From an uncultured virus (IMG/VR IMGVR_UViG_3300030294_000020) (Duplodnaviria > Heunggongvirae > Uroviricota > Caudoviricetes): a stretch of 21,541 nt of DNA. Position 1 is the first letter of the stretch; every line of letters begins with the position of its first letter. The notes beneath the pieces were generated by a model. It did not search any database. It saw only the letters and a list, made by a program, of their open reading frames with translations, and had not been told where the DNA came from. The position numbers and the translations under genes are program-made. The stretch lies in the IMG/VR virus record IMGVR_UViG_3300030294_000020; one strand, written 5' to 3'. This document shows positions 5,655-14,027 of this stretch, piece after piece.

Positions 5655-5712
5655 ATTATAAGAAGTATTTATACGAAACCTTTTAAGATCACCTATCCCT
5701 TCTTTATTCTTA

Positions 5713-6042
5713 TTATTTTAAATTAGCACCATTTTGAATATTTAGAGTAAGAGTTGTTTTATCACTTAAATCACTTAAATCCGTATCAAGTACTAATTTG
5801 TAAATGTCCTTCTTAGGATCACTTGTGTCTATTAAGAACGAACCATCTTTAGTCTTGTTATACTGTGCTGATGAGATTCCTAAGATTATTCCTAGAAATA
5901 TATCTATAGCAGTAATAGTTCCGACAATTTGTTCTCCGTAGGGTAATCCCCATATGCCAGATAAGGCAAAGTATAGAGTACCCATTGCTGGAAAGAAGTA
6001 TTGAGCCATCCATTTGAGCATATCATATAATTTACTTTTCAT
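5713..6042 (-). CDS. Holin, Dp-1-like family, with C-terminal soluble extension (start revised to MKSKLY)
   Basis: LYDMLKWMAQYFFPAMGTLYFALSGIWGLPYGEQIVGTITAIDIFLGIILGISS is a recognisable two-TM Dp-1-type holin pattern; downstream of the endolysin. Confidence 0.8.
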   Translation of the reverse strand: MKSKLYDMLKWMAQYFFPAMGTLYFALSGIWGLPYGEQIVGTITAIDIFLGIILGISSAQYNKTKDGSFLIDTSDPKKDIYKLVLDTDLSDLSDKTTLTLNIQNGANLK

Positions 6043-6043
6043 G

Positions 6044-6496
6044 TTAAACACCCGTACCAGATCCACCAACTCGTGTATTTTGTTCTTTGATTATTTCAGC
6101 TACAGATGATGCTAATTGTTCAGGTGTTACCTTCGCTCCGGCTATATTATTTTCTGATACTAATGTTTGAGCTTTAATTGCTTCGGCCTTAGCTTGTTCT
6201 TTTGCAAAGTCTTTGAGTCTATCAAATATAAATTGTATATGATTTGATATGTCTTTTTCACTAATAAATATTTTAAAAACTCCAGGCATTAAACCATATG
6301 ATATATCTAAGACCTTTTGAAACTTACTATCATTGTTTATTTCTAAGGCTTGCATTGAGGCTATAAGTCCGGGTATATTAGTGTATACCTCTTGCTTATT
6401 CTTGCTGTATAAAGCCCTAAATACGGCTGTTAAAGCCACTATAATGGCTAATAAAAGCCCATAATTATCTGATATAAATTGGTATACATTATTCAT
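6044..6496 (-). CDS. Second holin-like membrane protein (LL-H-like architecture)
   Basis: Single N-terminal TM (GLLLAIIVALTAVFRALY) plus a helical cytoplasmic domain; strong SD AGGAGG; follows the endolysin. Confidence 0.6.
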   Translation of the reverse strand: MNNVYQFISDNYGLLLAIIVALTAVFRALYSKNKQEVYTNIPGLIASMQALEINNDSKFQKVLDISYGLMPGVFKIFISEKDISNHIQFIFDRLKDFAKEQAKAEAIKAQTLVSENNIAGAKVTPEQLASSVAEIIKEQNTRVGGSGTGV

Positions 6497-6534
6497 TTAT
6501 ACATTCCTCCTAATATTCTTTATTTTATTCACTT

Positions 6535-6635
6535 AAACGCATCTGTATAAAAATATCCAGTCTATTCTATAGTATCATAGGCAATTGCTTTGTCTAAGAA
6601 TAGTTGCTGGATCATTTTTTTATATAAGAGCATTT
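6535..6635. other. Long imperfect intergenic inverted repeat (~100-nt stem-loop)
   Basis: Nested arms aaacgc/gcattt, tataaaaa/tttttata, atccag/ctggat and ctattct/agaatag. Confidence 0.7.
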
Positions 6636-6651
6636 ATACCTACATATTTGA

Positions 6652-7554
6652 CTATCTTAATAAAGCAGTCCAAGTATCTGGGCCTACTACTCCATCATCA
6701 TCAAGTCCTACTGCTCTTTGGAATGCTTTAACTGCAGCAAGTGTCTTTGGCCCAAATATTCCTATTTGATCTGAAAGAGCCATTGCTAAACGTCTTTGCA
6801 ACCATAAAGTTATATTACTATTTGATCCAACCCTTAATACTGGGCAAGCTTTAAGTGTTAATGGGCCAAAGAAACCATCTATTTTCAAGGTAGTTTTAGC
6901 TACATAATTAAGAGTTCCTTGTAATGATGCTATTGATTGATTTACTCTTGTTGCTGGTGCAGTAACTACTACAGGTCTTGGCAATGGTGTATTAACCTTA
7001 CCAATAGATGACCCAACAATTCCTTCTGCTATTGCTTTTCCTACAGCTTCATGTCCTACACTTCTATATATTCGAATATCTTCTGTTGCTTCACAAAAGC
7101 ATACTTCTACTAATACTGCTGTTGCAACAGATGCTTTAATATCATGTAGATGTTGTACATTTATACCATCTTTTAACCCACGATTCTTAAAACCTAATGC
7201 TGCTAAATTATTAAGTATTCTTGTTCCTATTTCAACTGCCTTAGGATTATTTGGGTTAAGCCAAATTTCACTACCTATTGCTCCTGCATAAGAATCATAT
7301 GCCTTATTAAAATGTATAGGCACTGATAAATCCACATGAGCATTATTAGCAGTGTTTGTCCCATAATTAAGATCCTCATTTTCACTACAATTACCAGGCG
7401 TAGAATCAATAGTCTCTACACCAGCTCTTTGTAGATAGTTTATTGCCCAAGGATATACTAATCGATCTTCCTTTGTTTCATCAAGTCCACCAACATTAGT
7501 GGCACTAGCTCCTGGGCATTGTGGATTGTGTCCGCCTCTTACTGCTGCTTTCAT
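6652..7554 (-). CDS. Endolysin: N-acetylmuramoyl-L-alanine amidase (Amidase_3) with C-terminal PG_binding_1-type repeats
   Basis: Zn-amidase motifs GGHN, E..EDR, IHFN and LVEVCF; Pro-rich linker; DGFFGPLT, GIFGPKT..AVKAFQ and DGVVGPDTW. Confidence 0.92.
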   Translation of the reverse strand: MKAAVRGGHNPQCPGASATNVGGLDETKEDRLVYPWAINYLQRAGVETIDSTPGNCSENEDLNYGTNTANNAHVDLSVPIHFNKAYDSYAGAIGSEIWLNPNNPKAVEIGTRILNNLAALGFKNRGLKDGINVQHLHDIKASVATAVLVEVCFCEATEDIRIYRSVGHEAVGKAIAEGIVGSSIGKVNTPLPRPVVVTAPATRVNQSIASLQGTLNYVAKTTLKIDGFFGPLTLKACPVLRVGSNSNITLWLQRRLAMALSDQIGIFGPKTLAAVKAFQRAVGLDDDGVVGPDTWTALLR

Positions 7555-7576
7555 TTTACATTCCTCCTAAAATTTA

Positions 7577-8086
7577 TTATTTACTCCAGTATTTAACAAA
7601 CATTCCTGTACCATAGTTAAGTACCATTAAAAATATTGAAATCCAAAGACCTATTAGAAGACGTCTTTTCCACTTTTTAGCTTCTTTATCATCAGCCTCT
7701 TTTATTAATTTATCACGTTTATCTTCATCTTCTTTTTTTTCTTTTAGTCTCTTATCTTCAATAACCTTGGCTTCTTTTTTGATATCAGCAATTCTCTTTT
7801 CTTCGATTTTTTCATTTTTCATACCATCGAAGTTTGTTTTTATCATACTTTCCATCTTTTGAGTTGAAGCAGCAAGTGTAATCTTATACTCTTTATCTGC
7901 TTCGGATTGAGAAGCTTGGGTATCTTGAATACGCTCAACCATATATTTTAAACCAATATTTCCTTCTTTAATTTCCCCAACTATCCTAGCTATATCTTTA
8001 GTTGCATTTTCTCCCTTATCAATATCTGCTTGCATCTTTCTAATTGTCTCGGCCATTATACATTTATCTTCTTCATTGCCACTCAT
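7577..8086 (-). CDS. 169-aa coiled-coil protein with C-terminal TM, probable lysis accessory (XhlA-like architecture; start revised to MSGNEE)
   Basis: Charged coiled coil then LLIGLWISIFLMVLNYGTGMFV; SD GGGAGA; directly upstream of the endolysin. Confidence 0.65.
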   Translation of the reverse strand: MSGNEEDKCIMAETIRKMQADIDKGENATKDIARIVGEIKEGNIGLKYMVERIQDTQASQSEADKEYKITLAASTQKMESMIKTNFDGMKNEKIEEKRIADIKKEAKVIEDKRLKEKKEDEDKRDKLIKEADDKEAKKWKRRLLIGLWISIFLMVLNYGTGMFVKYWSK

Positions 8087-8114
8087 ATCATCATCTCCCA
8101 AGTTGTATGATTTT

Positions 8115-8149
8115 GTCTATAGGAATATGTTTCTGCCTATCCTATAGAC
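8115..8149. promoter_or_regulatory. Perfect 10-bp inverted repeat in the leader of the lysis genes
   Basis: gtctatagga-N15-tcctatagac; no U-tract on the coding strand. Confidence 0.55.
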
Positions 8150-8210
8150 CTTAATTATGTCACTACCAAGAGTTTAAAGTTTTATGCCTAACATATGATG
8201 ATGCTTTTTC

Positions 8211-8231
8211 TTACCACCACCAAATCCACAT
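8211..8231 (-). CDS. Candidate Trp-rich leader peptide MWIWWW
   Basis: AAGGATGTG (8/9 match to AAGGAGGTG), 6-nt spacer, then ATG TGG ATT TGG TGG TGG TAA. Confidence 0.4.
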   Translation of the reverse strand: MWIWWW

Positions 8232-8272
8232 ATATACCACATCCTTCTTATATATTAGTGATATCTATTGAA

Positions 8273-8518
8273 TTATACATATATAACAAATCCAAGTTCT
8301 ATTGCCCTATCTTTTACTGCTGCTTGGAATGCTTCGTACTGGGTCTTTACTGTTACAGCATTAGATTGAAGCAATGTCATATTACTTACAGTCATTGAAA
8401 CATTTACATTTTGACTAGTTGTATCTAAATTTGCATTTAAAAATGCTACCTGAACATCGACCCCATTTTCAGCTTTTCCAGTTACTATAGCAGTTATGTT
8501 TGTTGTTATGTTTATCAT
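8273..8518 (-). CDS. Hypothetical 81-aa protein (post-tail-fibre)
   Basis: ORF track; SD AAGGAATGGTG. Confidence 0.8.
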   Translation of the reverse strand: MINITTNITAIVTGKAENGVDVQVAFLNANLDTTSQNVNVSMTVSNMTLLQSNAVTVKTQYEAFQAAVKDRAIELGFVIYV

Positions 8519-8558
8519 TATTAATCACCATTCCTTTTTTATTATTATTTATTATTTA

Positions 8559-8939
8559 TTACTCTTCAATCATATAGTCTATGATTATAAATTCAGAAGG
8601 AGTCATTGTATATCCATCTAAATTTTCTAGTTTGAAAGTATGGATATTAACATCGTTTTCTATTTCTAATAACTCTTTAAAGTCTTTATTCCATCCAGCA
8701 AGATCTTCACCAATAAATGATACAGTACCATTATCATTAATGATTAACTTACCATCATTATCCTTTAAACCATATTTCTCTACTAATTTTTGTCGTTCTT
8801 CATTATAAATCTTCAACTCATTATCAATTTTAGCAATATTTTTTGCTATTGCATATGATACTTTTATTGGAAGTTCCTTTGCTGATATTTGCTTTAATAT
8901 TTCAGAATCATTTACCATTTTTAAATTATTTATTTTCAT
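8559..8939 (-). CDS. 126-aa phage protein typical downstream of tail fibres (DUF1617-like; start revised to MKINNL)
   Basis: SD AAGGGG upstream of ATG 8939; the LPIKVSYAIAKN...ERQKLVEKY pattern is recalled from memory. Confidence 0.7.
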   Translation of the reverse strand: MKINNLKMVNDSEILKQISAKELPIKVSYAIAKNIAKIDNELKIYNEERQKLVEKYGLKDNDGKLIINDNGTVSFIGEDLAGWNKDFKELLEIENDVNIHTFKLENLDGYTMTPSEFIIIDYMIEE

Positions 8940-8967
8940 TATTAATATCCCCTTTTTTATTTTATTT

Positions 8968-11900
8968 TTAATATTGTTTCCATGTACCCCATACACCATT
9001 AACTTTTTTCCTTGTGAAGAATATATTTTCAGTATATGAGTCTAATCTTTGTGAGCACCATCCACTAGCATCATGACCTTGAACAAATAAATAAAACCAA
9101 GCATTAGCCCATCCAGCTGGAGCATTTACTAAATTACAACCTCTGAACATCCCTGCAGCAACATAATCGTTTAAATTTGCACCACTTATATCTTTACCAA
9201 CTGCTCCTAGATACATACCATTAATAAAAGTAGCTGTTAAATTCCCAGTAATACTTAAATTTCCAGCTCTTGTATCCATAACGATTCTACAAATATTATC
9301 ATAACTTGTAAACCCAATTCCATACCAAGAGTTAATAGCCATATTATATGCAGTAAAAGTTGCATTATCACCATTTCCACTTAATATCCCACAATAACTA
9401 TAATCACCACCAATTTTAATTCCACCAGAAGCAACTATTGTTCTTGGAACTACAAGAACTCCCTCATTATTTATAGTCAAAGATGGGTCATTTATATTTG
9501 CTGTTCTACCCGCATGAAACATTAATTGCTTTTGCGAATAAATTATTGTTCCAGTATGATTAGAATCGGTAGTACCTGATGATTCATAGTAGTAACCCAT
9601 TGGACTTGAATCTCCATTAAACATATGTCTAACCATAAAACATCGATATGCTATTTCATTCTCTACACCATATCCATATCTATCACCACCAGAATGTAAA
9701 GTTAGATCAAGACCAGAAGGATATATATAAACAATATCAGCTATTCTAGATCCTTGTACAGCACTCTCTGGTATATAGAAATTACCGTACAAACCACCAT
9801 CTAAGGTTAATGTACTATCAGTACTTCCTCCTTGTCCATACCATTGTCCTGTTGAACTCTGTATTTGAATTTTACCTATCATGATAGCTAATCCATCTTT
9901 AGTTATACTTCCAATAATATTGCCATTAGCATCATTCATAGTTAATGCACCGCTTATATTATCAGCACCACCTAGTACAAGTGTTCCACCTTTAATGTTT
10001 CCACCATTGATAGTAACACTTCCTGCAACGCCAATGGCTGTTATGGTAACATAACCATTTAATGTTAGTTTATCAGCTTTTAAGTCTATATCTTGGGCTG
10101 TCTGTGCAATATAAGAATTATATGTCGTAGATGATACTTTACCATTAACTGTAGTATTCGTAGCATATGTAGATGAAACGGTGCTTAGTATGCCACTAGC
10201 ACTAATAGAGATTGCAGAGTTCATTGCAGTTGTTGTTGAATAATTATTTGTTATATTAGTTGTAACAGCACTTACTGCATTTGTTATATTAGTAGCTGTT
10301 ACTGTACTAGTTGAATAATTAGTTGTTAGATTCGATGCTACAGCAGTTGCCGCATCTAATGCAGTCTTAGCATCAGTCACACCTTTATTTGCTTGTGCTT
10401 GTGCCGTAGCTGCATCTGTAACACCCTTAGTAGCTTGAGTCTGAGCTGTTGCTGCATCTGTAACACCCTTAGTAGCTTGAGTCTGAGCTGTTGCTGCGTT
10501 ACTTGTAGCTGTATTAGCCTGAATCTGAGCTGTAGATGCATTAGCAACTCCTAAGTTAGCCTGAATCTGAGCGTTTGCAGCGTTAGTCGTAGCTGTATTA
10601 GCTTTAGTCTGAGCTGTTGCTGCGTCGCTAGTAGCTGTATTAGCCTGAGTCTGAGCTGTTGCGGCGTTATTTAAAGCTGTTGTAGCATTGGTAACTCCTA
10701 ATTCAGCTCTTTCCTTAGCTGTAGAGGCAATTAAATTAAGTAAGTCAGTTCTAGCATTGTAATAAGTAGTCCATTTTGAATCCCATGTAGATCTAACAAT
10801 ATCTGAAGTAATTGTAGTCATAGAAGAAAATACGGTTAGTGTGGTATTCAAATAAGTATTCAAATCATTATATGCTGTGTCAAATATATTATGATCGACA
10901 CCAAATGCAATTGCTTGTGCTGGTATTTTACCAGTTGTTACTGTAGCTTCTGATACTATAAGTGTCCATTGTTGCTTTAAATCAAGTTTCTCATCTGGAG
11001 TTATAACTGAATCCAGAGCCAAATTATCAGTATATGTTTTGGCAATATTAGCTGTTGTTTGGGCTTGTGCTGCTGCAGAAGATGCTATGTCAGCATTAGT
11101 AACTCCTAAGTTAGCTTGGGTCTGAGCAGTCGCTGCGTCTAGTATAGCTTGTGCTGCATTAGTTTGTGCTGTTGCTGCGTCCAACACTCCTTGATCTGCC
11201 TTAGCTTGTGCTGTAGCTGCGTTAGTAACACCTAAGTTGGCTTGGGTCTGAGCTGTTGCTGCATTAGAGATTGCGGCATTAGCTTGGGTCTGAGCTGTTG
11301 CTGCATTAGAGATTGCTGTTGCTGCATTAGAGATTGCTGTTGCTGCATTAGCAACTCCTAAATCAGCTTGAGTCTGAGCTGCACTAGCATCAGATAAACT
11401 TTGATCTGCTTTAGCTTGTGCTGCTGCTGCATCTGATACTCCTTGACTAGCTTTATTATAAGCTGCTGCCACGGCAGTATTCGTTGCATCTAATTGAGTA
11501 GACGTTGCACTTAATTTTATAGCCTGAGTGTTAGCTGCAATATTTGTAGTCTGGGTCCCAACAATAGTGTTTATATCATTTACTAATGTTGTAATTGACC
11601 TAAATTCTACGTCTAATGTGTTAGTGGTCATTTGTATTTTGGAACTATTGATTGTAATAGAACCATTAGCATTTATCATTGATATTACTTTACTTATATC
11701 AATCTTTTTAGGATCTAATGAGGCATCTACAAGTTTACCATAACCATCTGTAAATCCTTCTTTTGTTTGACCTTTTTCATCATATAAGAGTGTAACCCCA
11801 TCATCACCTCTTATTCTTATACCGATAACTGACCCATCAAAATTAACATCACCAATAGATATTCGTTCAAATAATGTTACTCCATCAGCCATTGTATCAA

Positions 11901-13314
11901 ATAATTGTATTCTATTGCCATTTATAAGCAATCGTCCATCTGCACCTGATAACTGTATTTTAGTTGTATCAATTGTCCCGGCATTTAAAGAACTAATATC
12001 CACATCTGATATCTGGGCATGACCAATTATAACACTCCCCATAACTGCTGAGGCTATTGTAGCTACTTGACTTGATAAATTATTAACATTACCATAATCT
12101 ATTGTAGCATTATCAATCACACCTGTTGTAATATGTGCATAATTAGCATCTAAATCTCCAACCTTAACTACTCCTATTATAGCAAATTGTATATCTGCTA
12201 CATCAATTTTTACATTATCTATCTCAGTAGTAAAGAATGTTTCTAGAGCATCAACTTTTTTATTTATTATTTGTCCACCTGATGATATTGTAGTTGCTAA
12301 ATTAGATTTAACATCTCCAAGATCTAGTTTTGTATATTTATCAGTTAATGCATTATACTCAGTTTTTATGCATCTTGCTGTTGCACTGACTCCTAATGCT
12401 GGAAATTCAACTGTAACTGTATCCCATAAATTAACAGTTTCTAGTATAGCTAAGTCTTTAAACTCAGGATCTTGTGATAATTGCGCAAACTCTACTTCAA
12501 TTGATACTTTTGGCACACCAATATTATTGGTCGTAATATATTCAAGCGCTGCGGCTCTTAATGCTTCAACTGCAGGTTTCTCTGACCAATTTGATGATAA
12601 TTCTAATGGCATTATTCTAACAAAGTCATAAGTACCAGGGGTATTTAATAGTTTTTCTTCAAGTTGGACTAATCCATCTTTCTGAGAATACCAATAAGGA
12701 TACACTCCGGTATATACAGAACTACAATTCTCTTCTTGCTTTAGACTAACTAAGTTTTTCCCATAACGAATTGTAACTCCTCTATTAACTCCTCGTTCAT
12801 TAAATAACTTAACATTAAATTTATCAAATTCATATTCTCCGCCATAAGTATCTAGTATAGGACCACCAAGTATAGAACTAATACTCCATGGTACTAGTGT
12901 TTCTATATTTCCCTCTGTTCGTTTATTCGTGGTAAATGAGAAAGGACAAGAAACTGGAGCAGTATTTGCTATCATTACCATTGTATTTTCAATATTTGAG
13001 CATGCAAATGGTGGAACAGGATACCCTGATAAATCGTAACGTACATGCTCAGCGTTTATTGTTACAACACCATCTAAAGGTTTTGATATGCTATATATCC
13101 TAAATGGTTGAGGATCAGAATATGGATTAGGTTTAGCTAATATTATTTTTCTCAATCCTAAATCTGAATAATGAATACCTGTCATTGGATAAACAAGTTC
13201 TAATTCATATATACCATTCCCTTCCTCATTTACAATACAAGATACACTATCAGACAAAGGACCTAAACCATTAGTTTCAAATACCAGTTCTTCAGAATTA
13301 AATAAAGTAATCAT
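8968..13314 (-). CDS. Tal-like tail/baseplate protein fused to a long fibre and C-terminal receptor-binding knob (1448 aa; start revised to MITLFN)
   Basis: N-terminal prophage tail endopeptidase-like region (YELELVYP, QPFRIY, YGGEYEFD, IRYGKNL); Ala/Thr/Gln repeats; C-terminal NLNDY..G.F..NAP..W..W knob-like end. ATGA overlap with the upstream gene's stop. Confidence 0.88.
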   Translation of the reverse strand: MITLFNSEELVFETNGLGPLSDSVSCIVNEEGNGIYELELVYPMTGIHYSDLGLRKIILAKPNPYSDPQPFRIYSISKPLDGVVTINAEHVRYDLSGYPVPPFACSNIENTMVMIANTAPVSCPFSFTTNKRTEGNIETLVPWSISSILGGPILDTYGGEYEFDKFNVKLFNERGVNRGVTIRYGKNLVSLKQEENCSSVYTGVYPYWYSQKDGLVQLEEKLLNTPGTYDFVRIMPLELSSNWSEKPAVEALRAAALEYITTNNIGVPKVSIEVEFAQLSQDPEFKDLAILETVNLWDTVTVEFPALGVSATARCIKTEYNALTDKYTKLDLGDVKSNLATTISSGGQIINKKVDALETFFTTEIDNVKIDVADIQFAIIGVVKVGDLDANYAHITTGVIDNATIDYGNVNNLSSQVATIASAVMGSVIIGHAQISDVDISSLNAGTIDTTKIQLSGADGRLLINGNRIQLFDTMADGVTLFERISIGDVNFDGSVIGIRIRGDDGVTLLYDEKGQTKEGFTDGYGKLVDASLDPKKIDISKVISMINANGSITINSSKIQMTTNTLDVEFRSITTLVNDINTIVGTQTTNIAANTQAIKLSATSTQLDATNTAVAAAYNKASQGVSDAAAAQAKADQSLSDASAAQTQADLGVANAATAISNAATAISNAATAQTQANAAISNAATAQTQANLGVTNAATAQAKADQGVLDAATAQTNAAQAILDAATAQTQANLGVTNADIASSAAAQAQTTANIAKTYTDNLALDSVITPDEKLDLKQQWTLIVSEATVTTGKIPAQAIAFGVDHNIFDTAYNDLNTYLNTTLTVFSSMTTITSDIVRSTWDSKWTTYYNARTDLLNLIASTAKERAELGVTNATTALNNAATAQTQANTATSDAATAQTKANTATTNAANAQIQANLGVANASTAQIQANTATSNAATAQTQATKGVTDAATAQTQATKGVTDAATAQAQANKGVTDAKTALDAATAVASNLTTNYSTSTVTATNITNAVSAVTTNITNNYSTTTAMNSAISISASGILSTVSSTYATNTTVNGKVSSTTYNSYIAQTAQDIDLKADKLTLNGYVTITAIGVAGSVTINGGNIKGGTLVLGGADNISGALTMNDANGNIIGSITKDGLAIMIGKIQIQSSTGQWYGQGGSTDSTLTLDGGLYGNFYIPESAVQGSRIADIVYIYPSGLDLTLHSGGDRYGYGVENEIAYRCFMVRHMFNGDSSPMGYYYESSGTTDSNHTGTIIYSQKQLMFHAGRTANINDPSLTINNEGVLVVPRTIVASGGIKIGGDYSYCGILSGNGDNATFTAYNMAINSWYGIGFTSYDNICRIVMDTRAGNLSITGNLTATFINGMYLGAVGKDISGANLNDYVAAGMFRGCNLVNAPAGWANAWFYLFVQGHDASGWCSQRLDSYTENIFFTRKKVNGVWGTWKQY
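10370..11450 (-). repeat. Intragenic 21/42-nt coding repeats (NAATAQTQA-type) in two blocks
   Basis: Exact 42-nt tandem at 10409-10492 and exact 21-nt tandem at 11294-11351; the two blocks are separated by a non-repetitive helical domain. Confidence 0.9.
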
Positions 13315-14027
13315 AAAGTCCACCACCTTGGCATAATTCTCACAGAGGTTATTCCTCCGGAAAATGATATATCAGTTTCTCCTAACTGTAATTTAGGAAA
13401 TAGTTTATTAGCTACTATTATGTAACTATTTTGATTTAGAGTTCCATCATATGCGTCTTCAATTTCACAATTAATTGTCACTTTATTTGTAATTTGAGAC
13501 ATTGTTATAGTATATGAACCTATTGTTAGTACTCCAGGTCCATCTCCTACTACTGTTATAATTGGCAAGGCTACCTGATCACTTGGGTTTAGTATCTTCC
13601 CTAATGTATAAAAGGTAGTTTCTACTTCTCCACTTTTAAGGAATCTTTGAGGTTTACAATTAAAATTTATTGTAGTTCTTCCTGCATGCCCATATAAATT
13701 TGATAATGAACCACTTTCCATATACATGGCTAACCTATAATAATCTGGTTCATATGAATCTTCTAATCTTAAGTAGCCTGATCCAGAATGTAACCATTTG
13801 GAAATTCTATTAGCCATTACACTATATTCTTCCTCATAAGAACCTATTGCAACTTTATAACTACGAGGAACATTCTTATAAGAACCTGTATCTTGAACTA
13901 TATCCCCGTTTCGTCCAAGAATATGTTGAACATTATAATCTCTTTCTGCTGTCTCATAATCAGGAGGAGTCTCAACCTGAATATGATGAACATCAGATGA
14001 TATATGATTAAATGTAACTATGCCCAT
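13311..14027 (-). CDS. Distal tail protein (Dit)
   Basis: Lies between TMP and Tal; motifs GRNGD, LEDSYEPDYYR, FNCKPQRF, FPKL..G and PRWWTL. Confidence 0.85.
   Translation of the reverse strand: MGIVTFNHISSDVHHIQVETPPDYETAERDYNVQHILGRNGDIVQDTGSYKNVPRSYKVAIGSYEEEYSVMANRISKWLHSGSGYLRLEDSYEPDYYRLAMYMESGSLSNLYGHAGRTTINFNCKPQRFLKSGEVETTFYTLGKILNPSDQVALPIITVVGDGPGVLTIGSYTITMSQITNKVTINCEIEDAYDGTLNQNSYIIVANKLFPKLQLGETDISFSGGITSVRIMPRWWTL

Larger units (their letters stand above)
1..5680 (-). repeat. Tandem array of ~20 promoter-SD-ORF-terminator gene cassettes
   Basis: Two conserved motifs alternate with short ORFs every ~170-450 bp. The promoter-like 27-mer lies at 185-211, 398-424, 707-733, 923-949, 1286-1312, 1625-1651, 2044-2070, 2304-2330, 2720-2746, 3047-3073, 3430-3456, 3695-3721, 3944-3970, 4269-4295, 4656-4682, 4900-4926, 5190-5216, 5475-5501 and 5585-5611. 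The agacaaagaaaaagcctaagct-type motif lies at about 228, 425, 738, 972, 1329, 1668, 2087, 2347, 2753, 3080, 3479, 3721, 3970, 4683, 4942 and 5225. Confidence 0.95.

Noticed and set aside
185..5680. CRISPR array interpretation of the regular repeats
   Set aside because: Inter-repeat segments are 140-350-nt SD-led ORFs rather than 25-45-nt spacers, the repeats are bipartite and degenerate, and there are no cas genes in the window.
185..5680. Classical integron (attC/IntI) or diversity-generating retroelement
   Set aside because: No tyrosine recombinase or reverse transcriptase in the window, no RYYYAAC...GTTRRRY attC boxes recognised, and no template/variable repeat pair differing only at adenines.
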